Of a stretch of DNA of 64,000 nt, positions 49,801-61,383 are shown piece by piece. The position numbers and the translations under genes are program-made. The stretch is from Lepidodermella squamata (Eukaryota > Animalia > Gastrotricha): positions 744,001 through 808,000 of the forward strand of contig JBLDXI010000013.1 in assembly GCA_047495785.1 (NCBI GenBank), written 5' to 3'. The notes beneath the pieces are model-generated. The model saw only the letters and a list, made by a program, of their open reading frames with translations. It was not told the DNA's origin and searched no databases. Position 1 is the stretch's first letter; each line of letters starts with the position of its first letter.

Positions 49801-51176
49801 GGGAACTCCCCACGGCTTTGTGTTTGATATCTCGGCCCAGGTGTCGTCATGTGTTGGAAAAATTGCTGTTGATATTGCGATGGAACTTGGGCCTGTTGAG
49901 GGCTCGATTGCTGTTGCTGTTCGGCTATTTTCAGGTTATTTGGCATCGGCTGCTGAGTCTGCCGGCTCGGGCCACGGCTCGGCTGCTGTTGCTGCTGCTG
50001 TTGCTGCTGCTGCTGTTGTTGCTGTTGTTGTTGTTGCTGCTGGCTCGGCTTCCACCAGCCATATGGTCCTGGGGTTGTCGCAAAGGGATGCACCCAATTA
50101 GGAGGAATCCAGGCCGTAGTCGGCTTGTTAAACGCATCCGATGGCAACCACACATTCTGCGCAATAGAATTCGACGGCGACTGCTTGTACCAAGGAGGGA
50201 GCATCGGAAACCCGGGAGGCGATGCCGGGGTCTTCTGAGTCGCCGGCTGGGTCATTGTCGCCTGCGATATCGGCCTGGTCGACTGCGGTTTCGACGAAGT
50301 CGGTTGCTGCGAGGACGACGTAGGCGGCTCCTTAATTTTCGTCGCAGGCGGCAAAGCCCTAACTGCCGCGATCTCTGCCTCTGACGGCGTGTTTACAATC
50401 ATTTGCCCGAAATCTTCATAGCCGCAGTTGCTCAACTGCCCGGAATGAGTGATCGAGAACGCTTTCTTGCCCAATTCATACGTCAAATTTGAGACGCGAT
50501 GACCGCATAAATTATGAATTGTCGCAGTTGTCGCGTGAAGGAATGCGTTTAATTGGTCGCAACCTGGCGCCAACGTGGATCCACTCATTATTAGACGGCC
50601 CTTTTCCAACAAATCTCCGTAGCCGCCGTGATTGGCCAAAGCATTTCGGATGCAGACTCGCTGGCTATCGAGTGCGTCAAAGTCGTTGCAGATAAGCGTT
50701 ACGACCTCGAAGGATGCTCCCATTTGCGAGGGCGACATGTGCGCCAGCGCCTGGGTGTTGAGGCCGACCATTGACCCGGCGCCGCCGCGTAGTAGAGCCT
50801 GCAGGTCAAAGCAGTTCCACCAACGACCGCCGAAGCAGTCGTTGAATTTCTTGTAACTCGCACATGTCTGGCGAAGTTGCGTCGATTTCGATGCCATCGT
50901 TCGTTCGTCAGCTTTGATAAGCATAAATAGGGCGTCGGGATTGAAGAGGTCGGACGCCTGGTCGAATTTCATGTCGGATAAATGAGGTAAGCACTGAAGC
51001 GAGGGCGGACAGCCGGCTTTGTTCGAGGTTAGTGAGTTTAAATTCAGCTGAGCGCCCGCGAGGCATGACGATGTGATGAAGAGAAAGAGCGATGGTAATA
51101 AGGATGATGATGATGAAGGTAACGACGGGTCGAAGAAAAATAAATTTCTCAAACTGCGCTTTGATCGCCGACCCAT
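46815..51176 (-). CDS. Large secreted Q/P/W-rich protein with Cys-rich N-terminal domain, central beta domain and two Sushi/CCP domains, ~1435 aa
   Basis: Exons 49394-51176 and 46815-49339 join in frame across a 54-nt GT-AG intron. Hydrophobic leader; polyQ; CCP patterns CGSPPQLPHA...YRCYPGF...C...WSPPSLVC and CGQTPQVDNS...VRYTCLPGF...CANGAWSPKQLPQC; no TM segment seen. Confidence 0.85.
49980..50042 (-). repeat. CAG/CAA trinucleotide tract encoding a ~21-residue polyQ
   Basis: Directly visible. Shorter polyQ tracts also occur at ~1144-1170, ~4595-4624 and ~5409-5440. Confidence 0.9.
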
Positions 51177-53151
51177 TGGCGGCTAAATGAACGTCGCAAC
51201 GCAGATATAAATATTTTTATAAACACTATCCTTTAAAAATTCAATAAATTCAAGAGATAAGAGATCAGGAAAGTCGATTTTTAAGCCTTCCGCCAACTCA
51301 ATAAAGTGTAGAGGTTTGGAAAGGGCTCAAAAATCAGCGGATAAATAAGTAAACATGATCGGCGTTAGGTGCGAATTCCAGCGACGCGTCTTTTTTGACG
51401 CGTGTATCCAGGGTGAAGAAGATAAATAGAAGCAAAGCCGAGGTTGATAGTAATAATGTGCACATCATGTAAACAATCGTAAACGTAGGTAATAAATAAG
51501 GCGGAAAGAAATGGCGTTGAGTGTTGCTTCGGTAATTTGAAAAAGAGAAAAAGTACAATTCAGCGTGTTTATTGTACACAAACGCGCCGGCCGGCCGGGC
51601 TATCATCGTCGGCGACCTGGAAGGCTTCAAGTCGCGCCATCGCCATTTGCGCCGCCGTCAACTCGCAACAAAGCAAAGTGGTCCGTCGCGCCAGGCCGAG
51701 GTGCGACGAACGAATTCCTGGTACAAGCTTCGCGCAGGAAACCTAACGCTGCCTTTAGCACTCGGGTCGCAGCGCGTCGATGGCACGATCTGAAACGATG
51801 AAATAAACGATGATGGCCGTCTTTATATTACTGTAGGGCAATATTATTATTATTAACGTGGTGCCAGGTCGTAGCGAGGCTGTTTTTATTGAACGACGAT
51901 TACGCCTGACTTATTACCAGCACGTGCAATTACCAGTCGTACGGATGAAACACAGGCCGTTCATCGCCGATTGTTGTTTACCCGGGCGGCCGGGCGGGCA
52001 GTCGGAGCCGTGCGTTCAGCCCACCCGCCACAACAAACAGCCGGTGTGCCTTGCGCGCTGCTCTGTATTTGCCGTTCGAGCTGCCATCTTATCGGCGTAT
52101 CGAGGCATGCAGCCGCGAGGCCGGACTCTGCCGCGCCCATCAGCCTTCCGATGAAGCGTCGCCGCCGTCAACATACCCGCCGGTCGTAACCTAACGGGGT
52201 GACACCACTGTAGATGATGTAATAGTACGATGAGCGGCAGCTACACATAAACAACAACCGCATCTCACTGCGGCTCATCATCGACAGCAGTTCGGGGCCG
52301 CGCGCGGGGACAAACAGCGAACCGGCCGGCGCGCCAAGATCACCGCTGTTGACTCAAACCGCACGGCGCATCGAGACCGGGCGCCGCCGGCTTTGTCTCA
52401 CGTCTCTTTCTTCCCTGCTCTTCCTTCATCAGGCACCATATACCACCCACCCACGGCTGACAGCAGCTACGATACCAACGACAATTGACCCTCTGTCACC
52501 AGTCACCATCAGTCTTTGTTGTTGGTATTATTATTATGTATTTATCAAGCCAGAATTAGAGTGATAATGTCACAAAAACTATGCCTACTCTGTTTTTGTC
52601 ATCAAGCTGGTTGTTAACCACCTTATAAAATCCTCCGTCAAAAACTGTCATACATTGGCAGCTCGACAGCAACTCTTGGCTCGAGAAAAATGACGCTAGA
52701 AGATAATCAAGTGAGAGATAATAATGTTTGCATTAGTCAAGTAAAAAACGAGGCAACATTAGATGAATAGGGAATATAATACCTGTTGATACTGTATTCT
52801 TTCTCAATGTCCCTTGATTCTGGGTAAGAATCTTCAACCTGTGATACAGAACAGAAGAGCATAAAGCCCGACTAACATTCATGAGCATTCATTCCATTTT
52901 ATTAAATTCGATGCCTAAAATCACCAACAATAATCAAATAAAAATAAGCGAAGACAATGCGTAGTCAATCTCACGAGAATCGGGATTCCAACCGGGCCTC
53001 CACATTCGAAAAACGAAAAAAAATCATCAATGAAGAGGCCCGATAATTCTGAATTTTGACTCTGATCAGGTTGCGCATACTTCACAGGTAAAATCGTGAT
53101 TACGTTTTGATGTATAAAATTAAAGGAAGAGATTTTTAAACACTCGGTTTT

Positions 53152-54754
53152 TCATCGAATTTTTACGACTGTCACGCGAAGTTGTGGATTCGGGTCAGCA
53201 GTAGCGGCGTCACCAGCCGTCGACGCGTTTGTTTCGCCTGCGTCAGTCGACGCACCATCAGCAGCAGTTTTCGCATCGTAAGTCACCTCGCTCGGAGCCG
53301 GAGCTTCAGTGTTATTAAGCAAGGAATCACCTATCGATAAACTTGAGGCGTCAGCATCAGGCCGTTCGCGCGACAAAGGATGCGCTGTATGAGACATTAT
53401 TTTATCGCCATGGCCTAGCCGCATGCGATTGATATCTGCTGTTGAGATGGATCGAATAGCAATCGCCGTGCTTATCCGACTGCCAAGGGGAGTGTTATTC
53501 ATAGGGTTGTAAGTTTGCGGAAAATTCCACGGCTTTCTACGCACGGCTGACGCTACGGGCGGCGGCGTGACGGTCGGTTGCATTCCCAACGTAAAATTCA
53601 GCATTATGTTAGGAAGGGTTCGACTTTGTTGGAATGTTGGCTGGGATTCGACGTTACATGGCGCTTGCGAGCTTTGCTGAGACGCAGCCATATCTTTTCT
53701 ACCCACACTCGTCACGCTTCGTTGAAGTAAGGGTGATGGTGGGTTATTGACGTGGTGGTGGGGGTGTTCCGCGTGCGAGTTCGGGCAAAACGCGCAAGAT
53801 TTGGCTGTTACTTTTAGCGACGCATGACCGGATCGTAGGCGATTAGAGCCGCTGTGAATAGGATGCCGACGAGGGAAGAAGGAAGCGGTGTGAATTTGCG
53901 GGAAAGCAGCTGCCGGTTCCATTGTATTGTAAGCCGCCACAACCTCTAGAGGGTAACTTAAAGCCGCAACGGATGGGCCAGGGCTTGGGGTAGGAGCTCC
54001 GCTGAAAGCTCGATCTCGCCGGGGTGAACTGCTCGGATGGTTTGCTGGAAGTACGAGCGCTTCATGCGAGTTTAGTACAGCACTTGGTGGTTGATGAAGC
54101 GAAATCAATGAAACGGCTGGGGAGGGTCGAGGTTGCGCGTCCTCTTTCGAAGTCAACACTTTTTTCTTAACGCCAACTATTTCACTGCCGATTACCGTGA
54201 TTTGCCGTTCAAGTTCGTCGTGCTGCTGACTTGTTGCGGTGTTTTTCCTCTGAAAAAATTGTAAAATACGTAATGACTAGTGGCATTCTAGTAACCCATT
54301 TTCGTTTAGTACGAACACCGAGGGTCGCGAAAATCGAAATTAAATTTCTACAAGCGTTTTCTAATGAACTCAAGTTACCTGTTTAAGACGTTTCGCAGGC
54401 TTCAGAATTGATCTCACATTATTTGTCTGTTCAATCAAAACAACAGCTCACCTGTTTTATCCGCTGCTGCGCTCGCTCTGTCTCACTGACGTGATAAAGA
54501 AATCGATTCGCCAAATCGCTGGTCATGAGTAATTTCTTGGAGAATAATTTCAGCGTCGACGCTGGGGGTATGACCATTTGTTGAGGCATATTCAGTTGAT
54601 TCAATTGGAAGTGCCGGCTATTCAGATACTGATCGGCATTGTTGAAACTGTTACTAGCGGCCGCACTTGCCAACCCCGTATGAGCGGTGTTCTGCGGCCG
54701 AACAGCGGGATACGCCAGTTTGCTTGATATTTGAGGCTGAAAATCGATGCTCAT
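53152..54754 (-). CDS. Uncharacterised, mostly disordered S/P/A-rich protein (~466 aa)
   Basis: Exon 54452-54754 (phase-0 donor) splices in frame to exon 53152-54249. A possible extra 48-nt exon lies at 54379-54426. Short coiled-coil-like segment near the junction; no family recognised. Confidence 0.65.
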
Positions 54755-55769
54755 GTTCTTGCTATTACACGCCTATACTTGAATAAGCGAATAAAGCGCA
54801 AGTCTTTAAGTCTGCGTTAAAAATTCATGACCGCAGCGGCTATTGTTTTACAGCATATAATGGATCCGTGGCGCGGGCTAATTGAGCATAGCAAAAAACA
54901 TGCGAGCGGAAACGGCTGCTATAAGGCGACGGAAAAATTCGATTGCCAAATTATGAGTGGGGCGAGCTCTTCACGGAAGCTTAATGATCGCCAGAGATTA
55001 AAAAAATGGCGCACTATATAAGAGACAGTGCACCTGAAGGTCTAGAAATAGCGTTTATACGGAAAATTGCCTTGCCTTTACGTGTCGCTGATTTTTTGCA
55101 GCTTAGCAACGGTGAACTCGCAATTCAGCGTCAATGGCCGTGTTTATCTTGAACGAATGCAGGCCTTTGACAATTTCAGCGAATAGATAAAGAGGACACT
55201 TTACACTTTGCGGCTGCAAAAAAACCTCCAGAAAATCTGGTTAAATGGTTGCCCACTAAATTTCTGAGTCAAAAAAATAACAACGGCCGTAGGTTATTAC
55301 AATATTTTGTAGTTTTATTGATCAGTCGCATTTTTTATCGTCACCAGTAGGTGTCTTTCTTCAATAAATTGATAGCTATATTATGCTCATTTTCACCATC
55401 AGCAGTAAATAAGATGAGGCCTATATCGTGAAAATTTGTAATGAATGACACTCAATCGAAACAGGCTTCACAGGTTGACTATGCATGGCTATGACAATAT
55501 TTCAATTCTAAATAGAATAAAGCTGGCATTTATATCAGGGCACATGTCTGTTTTTTCATAATTGAACACAACGCGTAGACTTCGCACCGATATAGGAACG
55601 GACATACAACATCAGGAATGGCGTTATAAACTAAAACAAAATAAACTTATACTGCTCAGACCATGAAAAATATGAGCGCGAGATTTCAACCATATCTCCA
55701 TATTGCAGCAATTCTAGTCACGATGCTAGTTGTTATTATATGTACAAGATGTGTAAAAACGCGTCTTCA

Positions 55770-58304
55770 TCACCGCTGAACAGCTAGCCCGACATTTTCC
55801 GGCGGTATCGAGAAAAACACGAGCAAAAATAGGGCGATCGCGATGATGACGGTTAAATTGATAGCCAGCGCGTACCGAGTCGACGGCTTTTGTTTGATGG
55901 CCTCGACGAGGCGCGCCACGTGTTTCTGCACCGCATCGTGCCGCAACTTCTGCTGCCGTAGGCGCGTATCGCCTATCAAATTCGACAGACTACTCGCCGC
56001 TTTACCGGACGAGCCGTCGACGAATGCCGGCTGGGCGGGTTCAGCTTCGTCGAGCGAGAACCCGCAAAACCACCCGGCGATGAGTTTAAGCCACGCCAGA
56101 GCCAACTGAGCCGGCCGCTTCCTCTCGCCATTCGCGTCCCGCGTCGACGGGGCGCCGATGCGCTGGCAACAAGTCGGGCTTTCGATGTCTTGATCACTCG
56201 TCAGCGGCTCAACTACGACGCCCTGCTCGAGTTCGGCCGCGTTCTTCTCACTGAACTGGCCATTTGTGACAACGGCGACCATTTCATGCGAGTCGCCGAT
56301 TTCTGACATTTTGCTCTTCTCATCTTCGGTCTTTACTAGAGCGTCCTCTTCCGGTTCTTTTGGCAATTCATCCGGGCGAATTGTGGCGTCGAATCGCCGC
56401 CAGAAAACCGTGCGAATCGTCCGCCAATCTTCGAGAGGTTTCGTCAGCAAACTGATGACAACCATAACGACAACGGTTTGAGTGAACAGAATCAACGCAA
56501 AGTACATGTAGTGCACCTTGCTGACGAGGAATGGCCTCGTGTCGATTTCGCCACACTCAGGCGACGGGTAGGCGAAATCTAAAATCATTCGAATGCCACC
56601 GGTAACTAAACCAGCCATCAACGACCAGAAAGCACCCTGAAAATATGGAAATTAAAAAAAAATTGGTCCACCTTAAACAATTCACCTTCTCATTAGCCCG
56701 CGGCCATAAGATGGCTGTGATGAAAATTGCGGCAATAGGCGGTGTTAAATAGGCTGAAATAGCTTGAATGTAAATGAAGAGCTGCCCGCCTTGCGTGCTC
56801 TGAACAACCGGAATCCACAGAATTGAGCAAGCAGTCATTACAACGACAAACAACCGGCCGACAATCATCTGCTCGCGATTCGACGGCTTCTTCCTGAACA
56901 GCGGGTACACGTCCATGGTGAATAGCGACGAGGCGCTGTTGAAAATTGAGGTTAAATCGGTGATTAAGGCGGCTAGCATGACGGCGACCATCAGCCCGCG
57001 AAGGCCTGTTGGCATCAAGTTCATGATGAGCTTCGGATAGGCCAGGTTCGAACAACCGGCCCGGTTACCGCAGACCTGTTCGCAGACCTCAGGAACAGCG
57101 CACGCGATTTCATCCGGGTACAACACTCGGCTGATCATGCCCGGCATTACCATCATAAAAAGGGGTAGGATCTTCAAATAGCCGGCGAATAGCGTACCGC
57201 CCTGCGCGTGGGATAGACTTTTCGCAGCGAGGGCGCGTTGAACTATAACCTGGTCAGCGCACCAGTACCAAATTGAGGCAGTTGACTGGCCGAGGATGAA
57301 ACCAGGCCATGGCATGTCCGAGTCAACAGCGTCTCGCATGAGAACGAGCGAATCTTCTCTCGGCACGCCGCACGTCGAGTTGACGGGCATTTCACTCGGC
57401 CTAACCTCCATGTACCGCTCGTATAACTGGCCAATACCGCCTACTTCGACAAAGGCGTATACCATGAGCGTCAAACCACCCGTGCACATGAGGAAAGCTT
57501 GAATTGTGTCGGTGTAGATAACGGCTGCCAATCCACCGGTGATCGTGCAGAACGCCGTTAGGCCGATTAGTAACGAGATAGATGGCACAAGGTCCCAGTG
57601 AAGGGCGGTTTTAATGAAAAGTGAGCCAGAGTACAAGTTGACGGACATTTTTGTTAAAATATAAATTGCTAGAGACAGCAATGACAGGTAGACCAGAATG
57701 CGCCGCCCGCCAAACCGCTTCTGTATATACTCGGGTAGGGTAAACACCCCGGATGACAAGTAGACGGGCAGAAAAACCCATCCCAAAATTTGAAGCATGA
57801 TCAGCGCCTAAAATTACGAAAAATTAGAAATAATTGCTGGCAACCAACTAAGAAAAACTCGATTTATTTCGAACGTTAAGAATAAATAAAATTCCTTTTT
57901 TTATTTTTTTTTAATTTAAAAATTCAGTTAAATTTAAATTTAAATTTTTTTGACTTGAAATGTGTTATTATTTAAAATTAATTTGTTGTGCTTACATTGA
58001 GCTCGAACGCTCCTACTCCGATGCCGGCGGCCGCACCTGAGCCGGCCAGGCCGATAAAATGTTCCGAGCCGATGTTGCTCGCGAATAAAGATGCGCCGAT
58101 CGGAATGAATGTGATGAAACGGCCGGCGAGGAAATATCCGGCTGTTGTGTCGCGTTTTGAGGCGAACATGGCGAAGATGCCAGTCGCGACCACTGCGACA
58201 AAGTACAGCGTGAGAACGGCAATGTCGATGCCGTTGAACACGACGGCAGCAGCGGATGACGTGGCATTTGTCGTAGTGTAGGCCACAGTTGTAGAGACGC
58301 TCAT
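55770..58304 (-). CDS. SLC5 sodium:solute symporter, SGLT/SMIT subfamily (copy A), 3 exons, ~765 aa
   Basis: Exons 57996-58304, 56686-57807, 55770-56636. Motifs [70 protein letters not shown]. Confidence 0.95.
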
Positions 58305-59033
58305 TGCCTCGAAAAGGCAGGGCGGTACTATTCAAACGAACTTCGAGTCGCCGAAGAAGATTAATTAGAGACAAATTTTCATTTTATGATTTGTAAATCC
58401 TATGCAAAGGCAAGCAGGGACAAAATAATAACAGAAAGCAAGCAACTCAAGGTATACTCATTCAACGATGATTCATCGTGACGATGAATCAAAAGCAGCG
58501 CTCGTAGTATGTCAACAATGAATCGATGAATCATCACCACTCATTGATTAATGATCGAGCACAGGCACTATTCAATTCGAATATAGAATAACTTACCAAC
58601 GAAAAACGGTTACTATTTTCAAATTAGAACGCCCGAAGAAGCATTAAGAAAAGACTCTTAACAAAAAAGAGAAAATCGACCTATTTCTGACACAATTGTC
58701 GCGTTTTGCACTAAAATAATAATAAATTACTTAAATAAGAAAAAATTAAATAAATGTTGAATAACATGCATGCAATTCACATGACAACGGCCTATACCCC
58801 AAACAAACGGAATATTTCAGCTGTTCGACACATGTGTTTTGGCGAATGGATGCATGTATTCAGTGCAGCGCGGCAAAATAATCGACAAAGCGCTATGAAG
58901 CGTTACCATCCTAACGGCATTTTATTCAACGGTGTGTATTTCACACTCGAATTCATATTCAAAAACTACGCTCTATGTTAAGTTCCCAGCTAGTTTATTC
59001 GTCTCTTTGACCAAATATATCTACCACTAGATT

Positions 59034-61125
59034 CTAAATGTCTAGGTAGGAATTTAAGGGGGTGAGAGAAAAGTAGATGAGAAGAAAAATCATTGATGCG
59101 ATCAGTAGAGCTAAATTGATATCAAGGATTTTCTTTGCCAAATAATCCTGCCGAATCAGGCTAACCAAATGGCTAATATGCGATTCCACAGATTCAATCG
59201 GCAACTTCTTATTTACAACTGGTAAATCACTCGATTTTTCGATAGAAAAGCCACAAAACCAACTCGCTAATTTCATTAATGTAGTAACCAGCCATCCGTG
59301 AACCTTTTCCGGCTCAGCTAGAACCGGCTGATTAGCAATAGGAGCCGATGTATCAGGGAGTTCATCTTTGCGAATGGTGAGCTCAAATCGACGCCAAAAA
59401 ACTGTGCGAATTAGCCGCCAATCTTCAAGAGGCGGTGTTAGCAAGCTGACGACAGCCATGACAATTATTGTCTGAGCGAATAAAATAAACGAGAAGTACA
59501 TGTAGTGGACCTTCCTAATGATGGCTGGTCTATTATCGCTTTCGCCACATTCGGGTGCTGGATAGCTGAAGTCAAGAATCATGCGAATAACACCAGTAAC
59601 AATGCCGGCCATCAAAGACCAGAAAGCGCCCTATATCAAAACGTAATATCTCATTAATAGAATGTGGAGCCATTAAGTTTTCAACCTTTTCATTAGCACG
59701 AGACCATAACGCGCCGGTAAGGAAGATAGCAGCAATAGGAGGGGTCAAATAAGCGGAAATAGCTTGAATGTAGATGAATAACTGCCCACCCTGGGTACTT
59801 TGAACGACAGGAATCCACAATATTGAGCAAACTATCATCAAAACAACGAAAAGCCGTCCGACTATCATCTGCTCGCGCTCAGGCGGATTTCTCCTAAACA
59901 ATGTGTAAATATCAAGGGTGAACAGCGACGATGCGCTGTTGAATATCGAAGTTAGATCAGTTATCAAAGCAGCTAACATGACTGCAACCATCACCCGCGC
60001 AAACCCACCGGCATTAGCTCCATTATGAGCTTCGGATATGCTAGGTTCGAGCAGCCAACTCGATTTCCGCAAACCTCTTCGCAAATTTCAGGCAGTGCGC
60101 AGCCGATCTCGTCAGGGTACAAGATTCGGCTGATCATACCCGGCATGACTATCATGAAGAGGGGCAGAATCTTGAGGTAACCAGCAAATAGCGTACCACC
60201 CTGAGCGTGGGAGAGGTTTTTGGCTCCCAGCGCGCGTTGAACCATGACTTGGTCCGTACACCAGTACCAAATAGATACGAAAGTGTTGCCGATAACAAAG
60301 CCTAGCCACGGTAGGTCTGAATCGAATGCATCTCGTAAAAGTAACAGTGAATCTTCGCGAGGCAGCCCGCAAGTTATATTCAGGGGCAAGTTAGATGGCC
60401 TCGACTCCATGTAAAGGCGATACACTTCGCCGATTCCACCGACTTTGTCGAAGGAAAATATCATAAGGATCAAGCCACCTAGGCACATCAAGAATGCTTG
60501 AACTGTATCCGTGTAAACAACAGCAGCCAAACCACCAGTGATCGTGCAAAATGCGGTAAGGCCAATAATTAGGGATAGCGCAGGAGCCAAATCCCAGTGT
60601 AAGGCGGTTTTGATGAAAAGTGAGCCCGAGTACAAATTTACGGACATTTTGGTTAAAATATATAGGGCAAGGGATAAACAAGACAGGTAAGTCGAAATCC
60701 TACGACCGCCGAATCGCTTTTGCAGATATTGAGGGGCGGTGTAGACTCCGGATGACAAATAAACCGGCAGCAAGATCCAACCAAGAATTTGAAGCATAAC
60801 GAGGGCCTTCATTAATCAAATTATAATGGGTAGGTTAAGTGAATAGGATTACATTTAGCTCGAAAGCGCCAACGCTAAGCCCAGCAGCGGCTCCTGACCC
60901 GGCCAGGCCAATAAAATGCTCCGAGCCAATATTGCTCGCGAAGAGAGATGCGCCAATAGGAATGAACGTAATGAACCGGCCGGCTAAAAAGTAACCAGCT
61001 GCAGTGTCGCGCCTGGACGTATACATCGCGTAGACACTTGTCGCCGCAACAGCGATGAAATAAATCGCAACAACCGCTATGTCGAGCGCCTCGAAGCCGG
61101 GCGTGCCTCTCAGAGTCTCACCCAT
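59034..61125 (-). pseudogene. SLC5 SGLT/SMIT-like copy B with a single 1-nt frameshift (pseudogene or assembly error)
   Basis: Exons 60853-61125, 59686-60806, 59034-59630 have the same intron positions as copy A. At ~59994 the sequence reads cgc ggg tga tgg where copy A has cgc ggg ctg atg, giving a premature stop; homology resumes in the shifted frame. Confidence 0.75.
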
Positions 61126-61383
61126 CAATTATTGAGGAGCTTACAAAAAACCTGTAGTTACGCACTGGACCGGAAACCCCTATAGAAACCCGTATGGGAA
61201 AAACCAGGACTCTCTAATAATATCATCGCATTTCATTTAAAACAATTACAGGTGGAGCGTGCTACCTGGTAGCGATGCGCTTTTAAAAACTACTGCAAGC
61301 TTGCGTTTCCAGGGCCTGGATTGAAATAGTAGTTGCATGAAAAATCACTTGTTTCAATAATCAGAGAAAATGGGTATTTTCAG

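Noticed and set aside
52975-53005. GGGATTCCAACC resembling a reverse tRNA B-box
   Set aside because: Mismatch in the core, with no A-box or stems; too weak.
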